A program made the translations under genes and the position numbers. From Deltaproteobacteria bacterium (GTDB lineage: Bacteria > Omnitrophota > Gorgyraeia > Gygaellales > Profunditerraquicolaceae), in contig JBLMZF010000121.1 of NCBI GenBank assembly GCA_050258655.1, forward strand, positions 1 to 45,271: 45,271 bases of DNA, given 5' to 3'. The notes beneath the pieces are model-generated. The model ran no database searches. It saw nothing but the letters and a program-made list of their open reading frames with translations, and was not told where the DNA came from. Below are positions 42,763-45,271 of this stretch, piece by piece. Position 1 is the stretch's first letter. Each line of letters opens with the position of its first letter.

Positions 42763-44088
42763 TCACTCCTTTGTTATAAGCCATTTTTTACCGAAATACC
42801 TGTTTGACATGAACAGGCTCTGCAGAACGATCGAAGCGTTCATCGCCCACCATACAGAGACCGGGCCGAGTCCGAGACGGATGCAGAGCAGGTAGGCCAG
42901 CGGGATGCGCACCACCCACAGGCTCAGGGCCACGATCATCATTATTATCCTGGTATCTCCCGCGGCGCTGAGCCCGCCCGAAAGGATCACTCCCCACGCC
43001 ATCATCGGCTCGGTGAGGAACGCTATCCGCAGATAGGTGATGCCCGCCCTGGCCACGGCCGTGTCAGAGGTGAGAAGCGGCATTATCAGCGGAGCGCAGA
43101 GGATGACCAGGAGCGTCAGGGCCGCGACGATCGAGGCCCCGAGCCATGCAGTGACGATCCCGTTATGATAAGCCTCCTGTGTCCGGCCTTTTCCCATCCG
43201 GTTACCCACAAGCACGGCGTTGGCCATGTTGAAGGCGAATGCCGGCAGAAAGACCGCCGACTCGATCCTCAGGCCGTTGGTGAAAGCGGCCATGGTCTCC
43301 ACGCGGGCCGCTGGCAGGTTCCCGAGTATGGAGTAGATCGCCATGGAAGCCGACTGCCAGAGGAACTGGAGCAGGGCCATGGGCCAGCCGATATCCGCCA
43401 TCCGCAGGGCCATGCGCAGGGAAAAGACCCGGGCACCGGAAAGCATCCTCCTGAGCGTCAGCGAATTGATCGCGAAACCGAGGAATGTACTGATCACCAT
43501 CGCCCAGGCGATGCCCTTGTAACCCAGTGGCGTGGCAAAGGCGAGCAGAAAACACAGGATGACGTTGACCACCGCGACGATGGTCATCGTCCGCAGAGAG
43601 ACCAGAATCCTGTCGCTTGACCGCAGTATGCCGTTGGAATTGGTCAGCAGATAATCGAAGCAGAGCGCGGCGGAATAGATCTTTATCATCGGGATGGCGA
43701 AGGCCTTTATCTCGGCGGGGATATGCAGCCCGGCGATCAGGAACGGCCCGACGGTAAAACCGGCCAGCCCGAAAAAAAGACCCAGGGCCAGCGTGCTGAC
43801 CAGAGAAGAATAGACGCACGTGCAGTATTCCTGTTCTTTCCCCGACGAATACAGCCGCGAGACCACAGAGACGGTGCCGATGGTGAAGGCCATCGCGATG
43901 GTGAGGAAGATGAAATAGACCTGGAAGGCGATGCCGTAGGAAGCCTGTATCCCCGTACCGATCCTGCCCGCGACAAAGATGTCGGTCAGCCCGAGGATGA
44001 AGTCGAAGAACATGATCAGGGTCATCGGCCAGCTGATCGACCAGCTTTCTTTCAGGAGAAGGCGTGTTGCGGCGGGGAAAAACGGCAT
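42763..44088 (-). CDS. MATE family efflux transporter
   Basis: 441 aa with about 12 TM; LTDIFVAGRIG, LGYKGIAWA, AAGDTR and LRIESAVFLPA. Confidence 0.88.
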   Translation of the reverse strand: MPFFPAATRLLLKESWSISWPMTLIMFFDFILGLTDIFVAGRIGTGIQASYGIAFQVYFIFLTIAMAFTIGTVSVVSRLYSSGKEQEYCTCVYSSLVSTLALGLFFGLAGFTVGPFLIAGLHIPAEIKAFAIPMIKIYSAALCFDYLLTNSNGILRSSDRILVSLRTMTIVAVVNVILCFLLAFATPLGYKGIAWAMVISTFLGFAINSLTLRRMLSGARVFSLRMALRMADIGWPMALLQFLWQSASMAIYSILGNLPAARVETMAAFTNGLRIESAVFLPAFAFNMANAVLVGNRMGKGRTQEAYHNGIVTAWLGASIVAALTLLVILCAPLIMPLLTSDTAVARAGITYLRIAFLTEPMMAWGVILSGGLSAAGDTRIIMMIVALSLWVVRIPLAYLLCIRLGLGPVSVWWAMNASIVLQSLFMSNRYFGKKWLITKE

Positions 44089-44089
44089 A

Positions 44090-44941
44090 TCACTCCTCGT
44101 CGGCCTCCAGGCCCTTGGCCATCAGGAAGCCTTTGGCGCGCTCGGCGAGGGGATACCGGCGGACCAGGTCCCAGAACGCCTTGTCGTGGCTGGGGACCTT
44201 GAGATGACAGATCTCGTGCATGACGACATAATCGCGCACCCAGCCGGGCATAGCGGCGATGGTGTGGGAGATGCGGATAGCGCGGGTCTCGCAGTTGCAG
44301 CAGCCGAACTTGCTGGTCTGGTCGGTGACGTACTGGATGGAATCTATCTTGAGCGAGCCTCCGAAGTAACGCGAATTGAGCTCCTCGGCCACCTGCCTGA
44401 GGCTCTTGGTGCTGTTGAGCTCGTTCTTAAGCAGGACCTTGTTGAACCGCCTGCTGAAACGGTCGACGATCTGCTTCAGCTCCGCTTCCGGCATGCTCTT
44501 CGGCACGGTCACGTACATCGTCCCGCCGAACAGTCTGGCGCCCGCGGTCTTCCTGCGCCTGCTCGAACGGATCACCTTTACCCGCGCGATCCCTTTTACC
44601 GTCTCCTTCTCCTGATGGTCAGCGGGAAAATGGAGGGCAAGCCAGACGGTATGCCCCGCGGGCTCGGTCCATTCGACACGGTGCTTCTGGCCGGCGGGTA
44701 TCAGCAGATATTCGCCGGGAGCGAGCTTCACATCCCCTTTATCCTCGAACGAGATGACAGCCGCCCCCTGCAGAAGCATCACCCATTCGTCGCGTTCCTG
44801 GCTGAGCCATTCCCCCTTTTTCGTGGAATGGCCCAGAGAAACGATCCTCTCGAACAGGATCTCCTTGTTCTTGGCAAGGGTCTCGAAGATCTCGGAGGGG
44901 ACGTTCGCCGGCAGGTCGTGGAAAAGATCGCCCTTCTTCAT
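44090..44941 (-). CDS. Cupin domain fused to a YgjP-like (M48/DUF45) HExxH domain
   Basis: N-terminal ERIVSLGH, W..Q..DEWVMLLQG, IPAGQKHRVEWT; C-terminal VRDYVVMHEICHL..P.H.KAFW.LV. Confidence 0.8.
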   Translation of the reverse strand: MKKGDLFHDLPANVPSEIFETLAKNKEILFERIVSLGHSTKKGEWLSQERDEWVMLLQGAAVISFEDKGDVKLAPGEYLLIPAGQKHRVEWTEPAGHTVWLALHFPADHQEKETVKGIARVKVIRSSRRRKTAGARLFGGTMYVTVPKSMPEAELKQIVDRFSRRFNKVLLKNELNSTKSLRQVAEELNSRYFGGSLKIDSIQYVTDQTSKFGCCNCETRAIRISHTIAAMPGWVRDYVVMHEICHLKVPSHDKAFWDLVRRYPLAERAKGFLMAKGLEADEE

Positions 44942-45271
44942 CTCTTTCGCGTCTTGCGCGCCGCTTTCTCGCGCGCCTTTATCTTGTCCCAGTTCCTGAT
45001 GATCTCTTCGGCCGAACCGGCCTTTTCAGTGCCGAAGACGTGGGGATGGCGCCGCTTGAGCTTGCGGATAAGCTCATCGATGACGTCTTCGACGTCGAAC
45101 TTACCGGCCTTCTGCGCGAGCTTTGCGTGGAACATGACGTGGAGCAGGACATCGCCCAACTCTTCCCTCATGTTCGCCACATCGCCCGCGCGCACCGCCG
45201 CCACGAACTCATCCACCTCCTCATGCAGGTGGTTGAGGATGGTCTTGTGCGTCTGCTTCTTGTCCCACAGG
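44938..45271 (-). CDS. mazG: MazG nucleoside triphosphate pyrophosphohydrolase, 3' part (start outside the window)
   Basis: The frame is open to the window edge: LWDKKQTHKTI..HLHEEVDE...REELGDVLLHVMFHA...KLKRRHPHVF. Confidence 0.9.
   Translation of the reverse strand, partial: LWDKKQTHKTILNHLHEEVDEFVAAVRAGDVANMREELGDVLLHVMFHAKLAQKAGKFDVEDVIDELIRKLKRRHPHVFGTEKAGSAEEIIRNWDKIKAREKAARKTRKR

Overview
A GC-rich bacterial chromosomal window with almost all genes on the minus strand. The gene content suggests an anaerobic diderm, possibly Omnitrophota/PVC-like; this is an impression and not demonstrable here. Bases 1-25.7 kb form a nitrogen-assimilation island: nadE, a small sigma-70 factor, a putative porin, amtB, glnK, a V/A-type ATPase operon ending in USP and PTS-IIA genes, type III glutamine synthetase, a truncated NtrC/Fis-like gene, gltB, gltD, pyrG and carA. 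Five leaders in the island carry ANTAR-type hexaloop hairpins at or overlapping terminator-like structures. Two of them share a 31-bp motif, TGTTACCAG-N11-GGTTACTTGTA, a candidate promoter for the resident sigma factor. Together these suggest a sigma54/NtrC-independent nitrogen circuit. Bases 25.8-45.3 kb hold a PilZ-PilT fusion, a KimA-like APC transporter with exbBD, dedA, an MsrA lacking its catalytic motif, prmA, an [FeFe]-hydrogenase maturation operon (TM1266-hydG-aspA-hydF) behind an attenuator-like leader, yajQ, a MATE transporter, a cupin-YgjP fusion and mazG. The most striking unexplained element is an apparently free-standing plus-strand ncRNA at about 35563-35800. It has its own promoter and U-tract and consists of two diverged ~108-nt copies that fold alike with compensatory changes. 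No CRISPR, tRNA, rRNA or transposase was seen. All assignments were made by eye, without database searches.
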